DNA of 64,000 nt from Pseudogymnoascus verrucosus. Its lineage: Eukaryota. Shown piece after piece: positions 1 to 12,453 of this stretch (positions are counted from its first letter, which is position 1; the number at the start of each line of letters is the position of its first letter). The stretch is from NCBI GenBank assembly GCA_001662655.1, contig KV460235.1. One strand, 5' to 3'. The notes under the pieces were generated by a model. It did no database searches, was not told the DNA's origin, and saw only the letters and a program-made list of their open reading frames with translations. Made by a program: the position numbers and the translations under genes.

Positions 1-24
1 AGTGACACTGACTATCATGAACAG

Positions 25-1058
25 AGGTTATCGATTTTGGGTATCCGCAAAACACAGAGACCGACACACTGAAGATGTACATCACAACTGAGGGGGTGAA
101 GTCGGAGCGGACGATGGAGGACTCGGCCAAGATCACAATGCAGGCCACGGGCGCGCTCTCATGGCGCAAAGCAGACGTCAAGTACCGCAAGAACGAAGCA
201 TTCGTCGACGTAATCGAAGATGTCAATCTCCTCATGTCCGCGACCGGCACCGTCCTCCGCGCCGACGTCAACGGCCAAATCGTTATGCGCGCTTACCTCT
301 CTGGCACCCCCGAGTGCAAGTTCGGGCTGAACGACCGACTCCTCCTCGACGGTGACGGCCTGTCATCTCTCCCGTCTGGCAACCGCCTCGGCAGCAAGGC
401 AACAAAGGCGGCTGCCGGCAGCGTGACGCTGGAGGACTGCCAGTTCCACCAGTGCGTGAAGCTGGGAAAGTTCGACACAGACCGCATCATCTCCTTCGTC
501 CCGCCCGACGGCGAGTTCGAGCTGATGCGCTACCGTGCGACGGAGAACGTGAACCTGCCGTTCAAGGTGCACGCCATCGTCAACGAGATCGGCAAGACCA
601 AAGTGGAGTACAGCATCGCCATCCGCGCCAACTACGGGTCCAAGCTGTTCGCCACCAACGTCGTCGTCAAGATCCCCACACCCCTTAACACCGCGCGCAT
701 CACCGAGCGTTCCACCCAAGGCAAGGCCAAGTACGAGCCCAGTGAGAACGTCATCGTGTGGAAGATCCCGCGCTTCACGGGACAGAACGAGTTTGTGCTG
801 AGCGCCGAGGCGACCCTGACTAGCATGACAAACCAGAAGGCCTGGTCGCGGCCGCCGCTGAGCTTGAACTTTAGCCTGCTCATGTTTACGAGCTCGGGCT
901 TGCTGGTGCGCTACCTGAAGGTGTTTGAGAAGAGCAATTACTCAAGCGTCAAGTGGGTGCGGTATATGACAAGAGCGGGGTCGTATGAAATTCGGTGAGT
1001 CTATCTATACCTAGCCCCATAATACCAACTCCCATTGCTAACGACACATAGATTCTAG
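25..1058 (+). CDS. APM4: AP-2 adaptor complex mu subunit, 3' part (exons 25-994 and 1052-1058)
   Basis: VIDFGYPQNTETDTLKMYITTEG, SWRKADVKYRKNEAFVDVIE, FHQCVKL, FVPPDGEFELMRY and KWVRYMTRAGSYEIRF are mu2 motifs. Acceptor ends at 24; intron 995-1051 (GTGAGT...GCTAAC...TAG) restores the terminal RF*. Confidence 0.96.
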
Positions 1059-1327
1059 CGTAAGGTGTTTACAAAGCGGGACAACGGAGCATATACGGCG
1101 CAGAATGAGCTGGAAATACGGCGTGGGCTTGCATTTTGTTATCTTTTTGGGGCGCTTGGCTTAGCAAAACTTCTGTAGATACAAACTACAGATTGTTTTG
1201 GGGACTACTTACTCCCTTTGGTTATGCAAACCAGTTGGCACTCTATCCACTCCATTCCCACCCGCCACGCCTCCGTCCCCCTGGGCTTTGCCCCCTACAA
1301 CTCACCCGCATCAAGGTCATCCAACCA

Positions 1328-1585
1328 TCACATAACAACACAACGCCCGCACCCTATACCTCTCCCCCCATGCTTCCATATCTTCCCCCCACCTCCCTTC
1401 CCACCTCTCTCGCCTACCTCCTTGCGACAAGCAGCGCAGTCAAACAGGAGATGCCTCTGTACCTCCTCAGCCCCTCTCCGCGCTTCCGCGTCGTCTAACC
1501 CCTGGTGCGGGCGGTAGCGGTAGAACAGCGGGATGGGGGAGGCGGGGTGCCCGCACCGGTGGATAGAGTAGATTGTTTTGCACAT
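1328..1585 (-). CDS. 85-aa Cys/His-motif microprotein ending in a CAAX box (CVVM)
   Basis: ATG follows a CA-rich leader, with a TATA-like TTTATAT near 1710-1720. Protein has MC-x8-CGH, CxxC and a basic/Gly tail GIGCGRCVVM*. The coding strand is G-rich at the 3' end like neighbouring real genes. Confidence 0.6.
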   Translation of the reverse strand: MCKTIYSIHRCGHPASPIPLFYRYRPHQGLDDAEARRGAEEVQRHLLFDCAACRKEVGERGGKGGGGKIWKHGGRGIGCGRCVVM

Positions 1586-2065
1586 AGTGCTTGTCGAGTG
1601 TTTGGCTGGGATGTATGTGGTTTATTGTGATGAGCGCGGTAATTGTGTTACTGCAAGTTGAACTTTAGCAGATGATTGGCATGTCAGAGATAGAGGATAG
1701 AGGGCGAATGATATAAATTTGTCTGGCTGTCCTGTGATTCTACCAACTGTGAGCCATGTTGCATATTCGCTGCGAAAAAGGGATGCTGCGATTCACGCCG
1801 ACGGATGTGTAGTGAGTGACTGATTGTAAAGAGTAATGCCATGTCATAGCTATAGAATAATGCTGTATCTGTGCGTAATGCACCACGTCGCCATGATTCC
1901 GACCCAGCCCCTCAGGGGTAGCGATGTAGGCGATATACTCATATCCCACCCCTTTGATTCTGTCAGCAACCGCCGCCGAGCATATAAACATATAGGCACA
2001 TGGCCTTTACCCCTCCCTCGTCAAAACTACCTCTGTGGGTATATAAGCACATAGGAACGCAGGCT

Positions 2066-3261
2066 TTAGACTTCCTGTCTCGTCAACAAAACCTTTACCC
2101 CGTCGCCCTCTCCACTCTTTATCATAGCCTCCAACAGCTCCAGATCCGCCAACGCCTCCGCAGGGCTCTGGAGGGGATTCTCCTTCCCGGCCTCTATCCC
2201 CTCGGCCCACGCCTGCACCTCGGCCTTCACTCCACTTCCGCTAGAAAGAAGCACTCTCTTCGTCACGTTGCCGTCCTTCTCCTCCCCAGTGTGAACACTA
2301 ACCGTGTCCCTGCTCACGCTCACGCTGCCATCGTAGCAAGCAATGGTGTATTCATCCCCGCTCAGCGACGTGCCGAAGCTGATTTGCACAGTCCCCGATA
2401 TGCCTTTGGCAGTCTGCCAGATCGAGTTAACAGTGTCAATGGGCGGCAAGTGCGGCTGGATGAGCGCAGTGTATGCCGAGAGGGAGACGGGGCGGTTGAC
2501 GGAGCCGAGGAGGAGGCGTGTGCCGGCTGTGAAGTGCACGCCGCCATCAAGAAGGAACCCCCCTTGGTAGGATGGGATCTTGCGCCACTCGGTTTCTATG
2601 AAGAGAGTCAGTTAGTATTTGCTTTCAGGACCAGCCTTCCATTTTTGGGCTCTCATCTTCAGCAATGGGGGGATGAACACACCAAAATACTTCGTCCCAG
2701 CCTTCACATGTTGGAACACCTTAATCCTGAACCCCACCACTCCCCCTAACTTCTCAATCTCCTGTCTAGCAAACCTGAAAGGTGCCAGAAACCTAAAATT
2801 CTCTGCAACTGCCCACGTCGCCTTGGTTCCCTTCTCCTTCATCGCCGTGTAGAAGTGGATCAGCTTCTCGGCCGCTTCAATGTCGTTCGCAATCGGCTTC
2901 TCGGAGAGCACGTGTTTCCCAGCCGCGAGCGCGGCCTCGATGTACACAGGCTGCACATTGATGGGCAGTGCGATGATAACCGCGGTGATGTCCGAGCGGG
3001 CGAGGAGAGCGGCGTAGTCTTTGCCATTATTGTCGTCGGCGTAGGTGTCGACGTCGCCCTTGGCGACGGTGGCGAGTGTGGTGGCCGCGACGAGGGAGCG
3101 CGAGAAGATGGCTTTGAGTTTGAGGACGGGCGTGGATTCGACGGCGGGCTGGAGGAGGGGTAAGTTTGGATGCTGTGGTTGTGAGGGGTAGAGTGGGGAC
3201 GCACGAGGTGCTGCTCAGTGGCAAAGATGCCAGAGCCTATAATCGCGACACCGATGGCCAT
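2066..3261 (-). CDS. Gfo/Idh/MocA family NAD(P)-dependent oxidoreductase (3 exons)
   Basis: MAIGVAIIGSGIFA Rossmann start, GKHVLSEKPIA, WAVAENFRF, spliced KYFETEWRKIPSYQGGFLLDGGVHF. Confidence 0.9.
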
Positions 3262-4405
3262 TTTGTCCGTTGAGACGCTGGTGTACTGATTATTGAGGGG
3301 AAGATGACTGTGACTGGTACTGTTGCAGCGGCAGATGGGACACAAAGACGAGACGGACGATTATTTTGCAGCGTTGCTTGGTTTTGTTCTTTCTGGATAA
3401 TATGGAGGGGTAGAATTGGCAGTGGCCGTTCTTGAGGAGCGAGCCATGGCGGATTGAGTGGGGGGGAAGGCACGGAGGGCAGACATCCGTGATTGATGGT
3501 GCCAGCGACGGCGGTGGTGGGGCAGAGAGGGGAGGAGCGGCCAAGAAACTGATTGTTAATGCGGAAGAAGCTGCGATTGATCGTGGATTGACTGCGTGTT
3601 ACAATTGCTACAATGATAATAATTATAACGGTGGTGCTGGTACTGGTGGTTGATGGCGGGTGAGGGAAAGAACTAACTGCCGGCATGTGAGATCTCGAGT
3701 CGTCGTTTTGCTACCTACAGTAAAAAGTAAGAAATATACTTTATATGGGCCGATAACAATAATGATCGTCGTTCATAGTCTGGTGGGGGCAGGACGGGAT
3801 TGCTGACTACATGCCATACTATCGGAGTAGATCTAACTTTGGCTTTTAGCCGCAATTGACGAGTAATCCGGCCTGTCACATTCTCTCTGAGTCTGAGATC
3901 CCACCCACGACAGTCCCAGCTTAAAGTCAGACAATGCATTTGAACTCGACGTCTCTCCGACTGATCTGCTTTTCTCTGCGAATAAGCTACCTAGCGAAGT
4001 GACAGCCTCTCCCAGGCCCAATGAGACCAAGATGGTCATGACCAAGAGAGCGGAAACATAAAACAAAACACAGCACCATGTTGTATATACACATGCGTAT
4101 ATGTAGTATATATATGAAAACATCGTGAAAGGTCTTCAGTCCTTCATCAATCCAACATGCAAACCCGGCATTGAGTTCGTTACTATACACGTCTCGGACG
4201 CGCCTGCCTTTAATCGTCGCCGCGCGCCTTCCTACCCAACCCAGTCCCCCCAAAAAGAAGTAACGCCCGCCTTTGGTATCCGCGCAATCCGTAAAATCAT
4301 GGCCCCCCCAATGGGCCCCACCAAAAAGTAATATGCCCTATTCCCATTCCCCGTTAAAAAATTACCCAGTTTGAACTCCCCCAAGCAAGGTAGCCCATCC
4401 AAAAT

Positions 4406-5726
4406 CTACACGGCGTCCCGCTTCGGCCGGCCGTGCGGCATGATCTCCTCCGTGCTACCGCATGGACTGTCTCTTTTATCAGACCCCTCGATATTCCACC
4501 CGTCCGTGGCATTCGACCCCCGCCGCTGCGCCTGCATCTCGATATCTGGAGTCAACAGCATGTTGTGGGACTGCATGCTCCCAAACTCCGAGATCGGGCG
4601 CGCCCGGCCGTCGAGCGACTGTTCCAAGTCCGCCTTGGCCCGCGCCAGCGCAGCAGTGGTCTGAAGGCTGACGTTGCCGCGGTAGTTGGGGTCGACGGGT
4701 CTGTTGCGGACGAGGCTGGACATGAGGGTCGGGAAGAGTAGGTCGAGGATGGGTTTGCAGGCTGGGATGGAGACGCAGATGTTGGCTATGGCGAGCTCGA
4801 GAGCGTTCCAGATTCCCGTATCGTAAGATGTCCAGTATGGATCAGGACGGCCTATCGCATCGTTGATGCGGAAGAGGCGGATGACTGCGGCAAACATTGC
4901 CATCCAACCGAGCGTTAGGACGATCAAAAGGCTCGTCTTTTGGCGGGGCGGCAGGTTGAGCTTGAGGATTTGCGGGCCGACGGTTATGATGAGGAGCACG
5001 TCGATGAATATGTTGGCGATTCCGGTGAGGTAGAGGGTGGACGTGATGGAGTTGCAGTTGAGATTTGTCTGGTCAGGTGCCCAGGCGCCTTGGACGGGGC
5101 GACATTGGAAGAGTATGATGAAGAAGCAGGGAATAGACCAGGAGACGATGACGGCGAGGGTTGCAAAGGTGAGGAGTCGCATCCACTTGTCTATGAAGAC
5201 GCGGAGATAGAAGAAGCATACGCCAGCTTTGCAGGTGGCCATTGTGAAGGGGTGGATGAGGTTGATGCTCCAGAAGATCGCCATTAGCCGGGAGAGATCA
5301 TCCTTGGGAATGTCGTCGTCGTGGTATCCGTTGCCATACTTGGTTGCGCCGATGCCTAGACCAACAAGCGCAATCGTCAGGAGCTGTTTAGTATAGTATG
5401 TTAGCACTGATCATCCTGGGAGCTGCGACGAGTTTGCAATTTCGCAAGCCGAAAATGACGACGCACCATGGATATCAGAGTCAACGTGTCGTCGATCCAC
5501 CATTTCTTCAGGACCAATGCGCGTGAGTAGACTCGACACAGGAATATAATAATGGCGACGCCCGTCGGGATTAGCATGCCTGCGATAATTTGTTTGACTC
5601 GATTCGGCCCGCCCAACTATCACGAAGAGCATGTATTAGCCACAGTCTTTCCTTTTGGAGTCTAGTTATAGCTGATCGCATGCGCATCTTTCATACCTCG
5701 AGCGGACCAGAAACGTTCGTGGCCAT
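4406..5726 (-). CDS. PTH11-like (fungal rhodopsin-domain) integral membrane protein, no CFEM domain
   Basis: Exon 1 MATNVSGPLE|gtatga. Then RVYSR...WWIDD, YGNGYH, KAGVCFFYLRVF, FQCRPVQGAW, NIFIDVLL, LNLPPRQK and WNALELAIANICVSIPACKP; about 7 TM segments. Confidence 0.9.
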
Positions 5727-8185
5727 GCCATCGCGGGGGAGAAGCATTGGGGTTGAACTCCACCAAAATGGGAGTTGCGAATGAACATCAAGCTGGGAGA
5801 TGCGGCGGGGTGGTGTACGACAGCGAGTGAAGCATTTCACATTATCCAAGCAAGTGCCGTCGTCGTAGTAAGTGCGGGAGGAGAAGCAGAGACGAGAGAG
5901 AGAAGCAGGCGCAGTATTGTATTCGACAGCAGACGGTAGAGAGCGGCGGGGGGGTTTTTGTTAAGGAGAGGAAGAGGCACGAGAGCGATCGCCGGACGGG
6001 AAAGAAAGAGACTCTGCTTTGGTGGGCTTGGTGACAGGAGTGACAGCTGTGGAGACTTATTGGTAGCGGCGTGGCGGACGGGCGTGGATAGGCTAATATG
6101 AAGTTTTTACGTGCAAAAAAGGAGAAAGAGCAGCGAGGGGAGCAGCGAGATGAGCAGTAAGAGGATCAGTTCAGAGGAGCACGAGGTACTGTCTCTCTAA
6201 AAGTACTTTAATCTTCTTCCAACACACTATGGGGACGCTAAGTATCTTTAGAGAAGAGATACAATTGCACCAAGTATCTCCAATTGAAGCCAGTTGAAGA
6301 TACCTCCTATAGTAGGTGTAGTAGCGTAATTTTTGCGGGGTAGTGCATGTCAATGCAACCCCAGAATCCCCAGTATCCCCAGAATACGACCCTCGCAATA
6401 CCACGCGAAACACTGCATTTGTACTTCCCATGACGGGAATTTACAGTATGTTGGAAGCCAAGCCATTTATTATCCCGCGATGCATGCTGAAGAATCCATC
6501 GACGTTGGATACGATACGCACCTAAGACCACCGCGACCGCGATCCTATGTGCATTTTTGGGGGGACTTCTAGCTCCAGTTACTCCTCACGCAGCTACAGG
6601 ACGAGATGGAACGGGATGGCCATTTGACGCACCACGACCCGACGATCTTCAGAATATAATACTGGTCGCGACGACTGTACTCGGTGGCGGCGTTGCATGT
6701 GTACATAGTAATGCATTGCATGCCTACACGCCAAGACACAAAGCTCGCTCCTGCCGCTCCTTCAGCAACACACACAGTACATACTGTTCCACGCGCCCCT
6801 TTTCCTGGTCCCTTTGAGTATGCGTACTCATATGAACTTCCCATTCCAGAGGCCAAAGCACTGTGCCCACCTCGCCGTCGCCCGCCCGCCACTTCACCAC
6901 CTCACCGACTTCGACGCCATCATCATGTCTGAGACCTGCCCGTGTCCCACGTGAACCACCACCTTCTCTTCCTTGCCCGACAGCCCAACCACCTACTCTC
7001 CTCGCCAGCCACCCACTCTCCAGCGCGCCTCGACTTCCCGCCTTGGCCCGACCAACAACCACCCGAGCAGGGCCTGCCTTTCGGGCCCGTCCCCAATAAG
7101 GTCCCTGCCGCGGCCGTGGTCCAACAGCTCCTCGCCGCGCTCATCCTTCATCTTCGGGATCCCGAGTGGCTGTTGGACGACGTCCGCGCGTGGTTGTTTC
7201 GAGGACGCGGCCAGGGCAGGGAGCGGAGCGGATCCTACAGCGGGAGGGAGTAGCACCACCAACGGAGGATACCGTCGCATATCTGGGAAAGTAGACTTTG
7301 GGAGACTCACAAACACAACTACAACTCACGGACACTGACCAGGTCCAGGGCAGGGTAGGGAGTCAGAGCGGGTAAATGGCCATGCATGTGCAGTTGATGT
7401 TGGTCGGGAGCGGGGATGCTCATTCGCCCATGTATTCTCCGGTGGTTCCTCGAGGTGCTCTGACCTGCCCTGACCCCCTCACCCTTCCCTACCCTGCCTG
7501 CCGTTAGATAGGTCCCCATCAAATCGCATCTGACTCCATTTCGAGTCCAGCTCCCAAGATTCTCTCATCTCCTTGCACCTTGCTCCCTCATTTTGACCAA
7601 CCTCGGTCTCGACGCCGCAGCCAATATTACAACCAACAACACAATAAATATCAGCTCCTCTTATGAGTAAATGGGCATACTCGCCAAGACAAATTGTTAT
7701 TTTCCAAATTCCCCATCCTCAAATTCTACTAAGCAGCCAGCCAATATTTCCTCTTCATCAAACAGTGATGCACATGTGACTTCTGGTATTTTTAACTCCT
7801 GGCCCCATCCGCCCGACCGCCGTTGATTGGGTGGGGGCCTGCCGTATACCGTATCAAAAGTAGCGCCCTAGTAGTAGTGTGAAGCCAACGGCCAACGCTC
7901 TCGGCTAATATGCATTGGTCATGTGATCATTGACACGTGATACAAATCGTGATTCTAATTTAATTTCAATATCACGTGATTACCCCTTCGTCCTACCCTT
8001 GTCCGTAACGTCATCGCCGACTCCACAGACAGGGCTGAGAGCTCCACGACCACAGCTTCAATCCACCTCGAACATCAATCCGCCCTCTTTGTCCAGTGGG
8101 CCAGAACATCTCGCGTCTCCGGCACCCTACCCTCCATAAGCCGTCTCGACACCACCATACTCGCGACACAATCACACAGCTCGCT

Positions 8186-8772
8186 ATGACGACCCCGTCG
8201 CCAGCCTCATACCAGGGCAGGCCCAGCGTGCGGGAGCGCGTGCGAACCGTCCTCGACCGTGTTATCAGCCCCGACGTCAGGCGCGCGGTATACACCAACG
8301 TCCGCGGTTTCGCTCACGACCAGCCTCTCCTCGCTGTACGTCCCTCTCCCACGCCCCCTTCCCACAATCCACCACACCCACGTTATAGTACTGCCCAGCT
8401 AACAACGTCCCCCAGTCCTTCATCCTCGCACACCTCCTCCTCTCCCTCCCGCCGCTCCTACTCTTTGCCTCCTTCGTCCTCGGCGTCTCGCTGCTCGCCG
8501 CGCTCGCCGCGCTAGCATTCACACTCTTCTGGACGGGGCTGGCGCTGCTGGTGTTGTTGCCTGTGCTGTGCGTGACGGGCGCGCTGGGGGTTGGGGTTTG
8601 GGTGTGGGCGGTGGCGACGTATGGGGTTGCGCGGTGGGCGTGGAGGGTGTTGCCGGTTAGTGGAGGTGGAAGGGTGGAGGTTGGAGTTCCGGGGGGTAGG
8701 AGGGGAGTAGTGAGGAAGGGTGAGGGTGATGGGGTGGAGGTGGAGGTGAAAAATGGGGAGAAGGGGGAGTAG
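8186..8772 (+). CDS. Promethin/LDAF1-like lipid-droplet membrane protein (intron ~8336-8416)
   Basis: Short basic N-terminus ending FAHDQPLLA, then a continuous ~70-aa hydrophobic stretch (SFILAHLLLSLPPLLLFASFVLG...FWTGLALLVLLPVLCVTGALGVGVWVW) typical of the promethin family. Confidence 0.75.
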
Positions 8773-9243
8773 CGTGGGATGGAGAGGGGGTTTGGAGTTT
8801 TGACGGGTTTTATATTATGGATTGGTATGGGACGGCCCTGGGAATATGGGATATGAATTATGATTAATCGCTCCGTGCTGCGCTGCACGGAAGATAACTT
8901 CAGGTGAGTTAATGTGATAGTGGGTAATATGCTGGGGACGAAGGCTTCATCACAACATCTTTGCGGACAACATTGCAACGTGTACACCTCACGAATCCCA
9001 TGACACGATGTAGTCTTTTCGTTGTTTTAATTGGCCGAACTTCTTCATAAAACAGACACAGTACAGCTTTTTCATGGCCAATTCAATGCCGTTTGTCTTC
9101 AGGGGTTCAAATATCGCATGCATGTGATTGATTAGTCAGCACCCCTTCCCAGGACCCCTTTACCCTTCTTGTACAAAATCCTCGACCCCCCTCCACGTCC
9201 AATCCCCACCACCAAAGACACCTCACATAGAGCCTACCCCACC

Positions 9244-10345
9244 ATGTGCGCCTCTCCCGCAGACCCCATCTACCTCCCCCCGCTCTCCCCCTCCACCGCC
9301 GCAGAAGCAAAACACCACCTACTCGTCTTCCTCCCCGGCAACCCGGGCTACCCCGGGTACTACGCCCCCTTCCTCTCTGCCCTACGCACCGGTCTCCCCG
9401 CCTCCCCATCAGGAGAAGACGCAGTCCACATCCGCTGCCTCACTCTCCCCGGCTTTGCCCCAGCCCCCACAGATCCGCAACCCCAACCCAACTCCCCTCC
9501 ATCCCCCCAAACCTCCTTCCTCTCCCTCTCCGAGACCACCTCTGCCCTCCTCACCACCATCCTCGGCCTACGCATCCCCTCCGGGCCCCGCGCTGGCGAA
9601 CCTCACGACAGCCTAACGCTCCTCGGCCACTCCGTCGGCGCCTACCTCGCGCTCTCCGTGCTCTCCGTGCTCTCCCAGCTCCCTGCCACCACCCGCGCAA
9701 CGACACGCGCAATCCTCCTCTTCCCCACGATTACAGACATTGCGCAGTCCCCCTCCGGCGCCGTCCTCGCGCCGCTCCTGCGCTATGTCCCGTTCGTGCC
9801 GGAGCTAACGGGGTTGTTGGCGCGCGGGGGGCTGTATCCGCTGCCGAGGCCGTGGTTGGAGAGCGTGGTTGGCGCGATTACGGGGCAGGGGAGTGAGGCG
9901 GCGAAGGTGACGAGTGAGTTTTTGAGGAGTAAGGAGGGGGTGAGGAGGGCGCTGCAGTTGGCGGGGGAGGAGATGGTGGGGATTGCTGAAGATGTGTGGG
10001 GGGAGGAGGTTTGGGGGACGGATGTGGAGGAGGAGGAAGGGAAACCGGCACGGTTGATGTTGTACTTTGGGAGGAATGACCATTTTGTTGATGAGGAGAA
10101 GAGGGATGCGCTCATGGCTAAAAGGGGGGGCAAGGGGGGTGTTAGATTCGAGATTGATGAGGCGGGAATACCGCATGCGTTTTGCCTCAGTAAGTTTTAT
10201 TCATTTCTTTAGCTGCCTTGGGAGGCTACGGGTGGAGATGAGATTGAGGGGAGCGTTGCTGACGTGCACAGATCACTCGAAAGAAATAGCAGAGAAGGTG
10301 GCCCCGTGGGTGGGAGAGATGGTTTTGGGCGTAAAGGCGGGGTAG
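9244..10345 (+). CDS. Lipid droplet-associated hydrolase (LDAH/DUF2305, alpha/beta hydrolase); intron 10190-10271
   Basis: LVFLPGNPGYPGYY, nucleophile GHSVGAY, LLFPTITDIAQSPSG, YFGRNDHFV and catalytic His in IPHAFC. Confidence 0.9.
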
Positions 10346-11124
10346 AGGGGGACGAAGGTAGTTGCACATGGAGCTTGCAGCAATCTCAAACCCGTGAGTT
10401 TGAGTATCATGAAGTATTGTGTGGACTGGTAGGCGCCAACAACTATGATGGTAGGTTACTACGTTACTGGCGTCAAGTAATAATCAACACAAGATGGGCT
10501 GGATTTCAATGGTCGTATTACGATGGTCGTATGCCCAGATGTAGTTTTGGGACACTTGTACCTGAAGTCCATGCCAACGATTAATTCGTTCATGTGTCCT
10601 ACTTGGACGCCTTTCTCGGAACCCTCTCTTACTCATGCTGCCTAAGAGTCTTAAGGGCGGACTGTGTATGTATGATGGTGGTGATATTTAACATTCTGGC
10701 ACTCATACCTTCAGACCCTGCCACAAAATCCCACGGATAATTGTGTCATTACAGAATATGACAGCTGAACGAGCACATATGCGTCAGGTATTAAAACCAT
10801 TAAAAGTGAATTGTAAACATTGTCGCCACTTGGTGTTGCAAAACGCTCAGCAAGAGCATGTCTTTCCAAGTCGTGGTGAAGGTTGAGCCACATCTTCAGC
10901 CACAAGCCACACAAGTGGATTCCCCAGCCTCCTCCAAATCCACGACTTCAGGCGGGATTCACTGGCTACGATTAACAGACACACCACGATGGCCGAGAAC
11001 TACAAGCCACGTTGGTTGCCTGTCATGATTCACTTTACCAAGTTTCTATAGTAGAGTTCTACTACTATATCTCATTTCCTTTTATCTTCATGACTATTCC
11101 CTAGCACTAACCACTACAGCAGAA

Positions 11125-12453
11125 ATGCCATTTATTCCCCATACCCCAGAATCACTTATACCTCGCTCAGACTCGAGAGACCCCACTGCTACTTGCCGCG
11201 GACTGACTTCCAGCGGGCGGCTATGCCGTCGTGCCATTGCGACTTCAAGTCCACCAGCAACTGTGAGACTGTCTTTGCAGAGTCCCATAAAGGACATCCT
11301 TCCCTCAGATGCCTTCTGCTGGCAGCATAAGGATCAAGCGACATCTGCACAAGCGCTCCCACCTAGTGGCGTACAGAACTCGACCATACGAGAACGAACG
11401 AGCGTCGATACACTCGTTGACAGGCTAGGACTACTTGAAATAAAGCCGGAGAAAACAGCTGGAAAGCAGCGGAGGAGGTCTTCACAACCCCGACCGATAT
11501 TGTACGCAAGTGGCACACATTATTCCGAGAAGCAGCAACATATGAACCCGAGCAAGGCACCGAGAATCCCTCCTCGCAAACAACACAATGTCACACTCCT
11601 CTGCTGTGTCGGAGTTGCAGACGAGGATCCCGTCGTTGCAAGACCTGCTCAGACTCGAAATCACACATCTCACAATTCACGAAATCGACCATCAAATTTC
11701 CAGCCAATGATCCAGTCACCACAGCTCTCGCAGCCATCAAAACAGGTTCGGCCCCCCCGTCCATCCACTGGAAGCCGGGAGAAACCCATCAATATCGATC
11801 CCCAAAGACCGCAGCCTGCCCGCGGCCCATCATCTCATACCCAGCAACTCCTTTCTCTGATACCTAAAACCACCTCGCCCCAGATCACCTCTCTCCTCTT
11901 GGCGGAACTTTCCAAAACACCCTCCCAACTAGATGATGAAGGCTACATCTACATCTTCTGGCTCACGTCCACATCACACCCGCAAACCCCGCCCTCAGAA
12001 GCTGCGTCGTCCCTCCTCGACTCCCCCCCTCGCCCTCTACCAGGCAAACGCCGAACAAGCGAGTCGCTCCAGACTTTCTCATCCAGCACGGATAGGGGGG
12101 CACGCAAGACGATCCTGCTGAAGATTGGCCGGGCGTCGAATGTCCAGCGCCGTCTGAACGAGTGGTCAAGGCAGTGCGGGTACAACCTTTCCCTCGTGCG
12201 GTACTATCCCTATCAACCCTCATCGCCGGGCCTTGGGGTGGGGACGCCAAAGAAGGTGCCGTATGCGCATCGAGTTGAGAGGCTGATCCATATTGAGTTG
12301 AATGGGATACGGGCGCGGGGTGGTGGGGGCTGTGAGAGCTGTGGCCGGGAGCATCGCGAGTGGTTTGAGGTTGAAGCTACGAGGGAAGGAGTGAGAAGCG
12401 TGGATGAGGTGGTGAGGAGGTGGGTGGATTGGGGTTTGAGAGGGACTACATAG
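11125..12453 (+). CDS. T5orf172/MUG113 (DUF1766, GIY-YIG-like) domain protein
   Basis: GYIYIF, LLKIGRASNVQRRLNEWSRQC, HRVERLIHIEL and CxxCGxxHREWF; N-terminal CRGLTSSGRLC...FCWQH. Confidence 0.88.
   Translation: MPFIPHTPESLIPRSDSRDPTATCRGLTSSGRLCRRAIATSSPPATVRLSLQSPIKDILPSDAFCWQHKDQATSAQALPPSGVQNSTIRERTSVDTLVDRLGLLEIKPEKTAGKQRRRSSQPRPILYASGTHYSEKQQHMNPSKAPRIPPRKQHNVTLLCCVGVADEDPVVARPAQTRNHTSHNSRNRPSNFQPMIQSPQLSQPSKQVRPPRPSTGSREKPINIDPQRPQPARGPSSHTQQLLSLIPKTTSPQITSLLLAELSKTPSQLDDEGYIYIFWLTSTSHPQTPPSEAASSLLDSPPRPLPGKRRTSESLQTFSSSTDRGARKTILLKIGRASNVQRRLNEWSRQCGYNLSLVRYYPYQPSSPGLGVGTPKKVPYAHRVERLIHIELNGIRARGGGGCESCGREHREWFEVEATREGVRSVDEVVRRWVDWGLRGTT

Noticed and set aside
2000..2749. 249-aa plus-strand ORF and similar antisense ORFs
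   Set aside because: Shadow frames of well-supported opposite-strand genes.
6993..7280. Minus-strand ORF MRRYPPLVVLL...VVQQPLG as a secreted peptide
   Set aside because: Weak signal peptide, no family motif, and competing ORFs in all frames.
11125..12453. T5orf172 protein as a phage-derived mobile nuclease
   Set aside because: This architecture is a widespread resident fungal family and has no mobile-element flanks.
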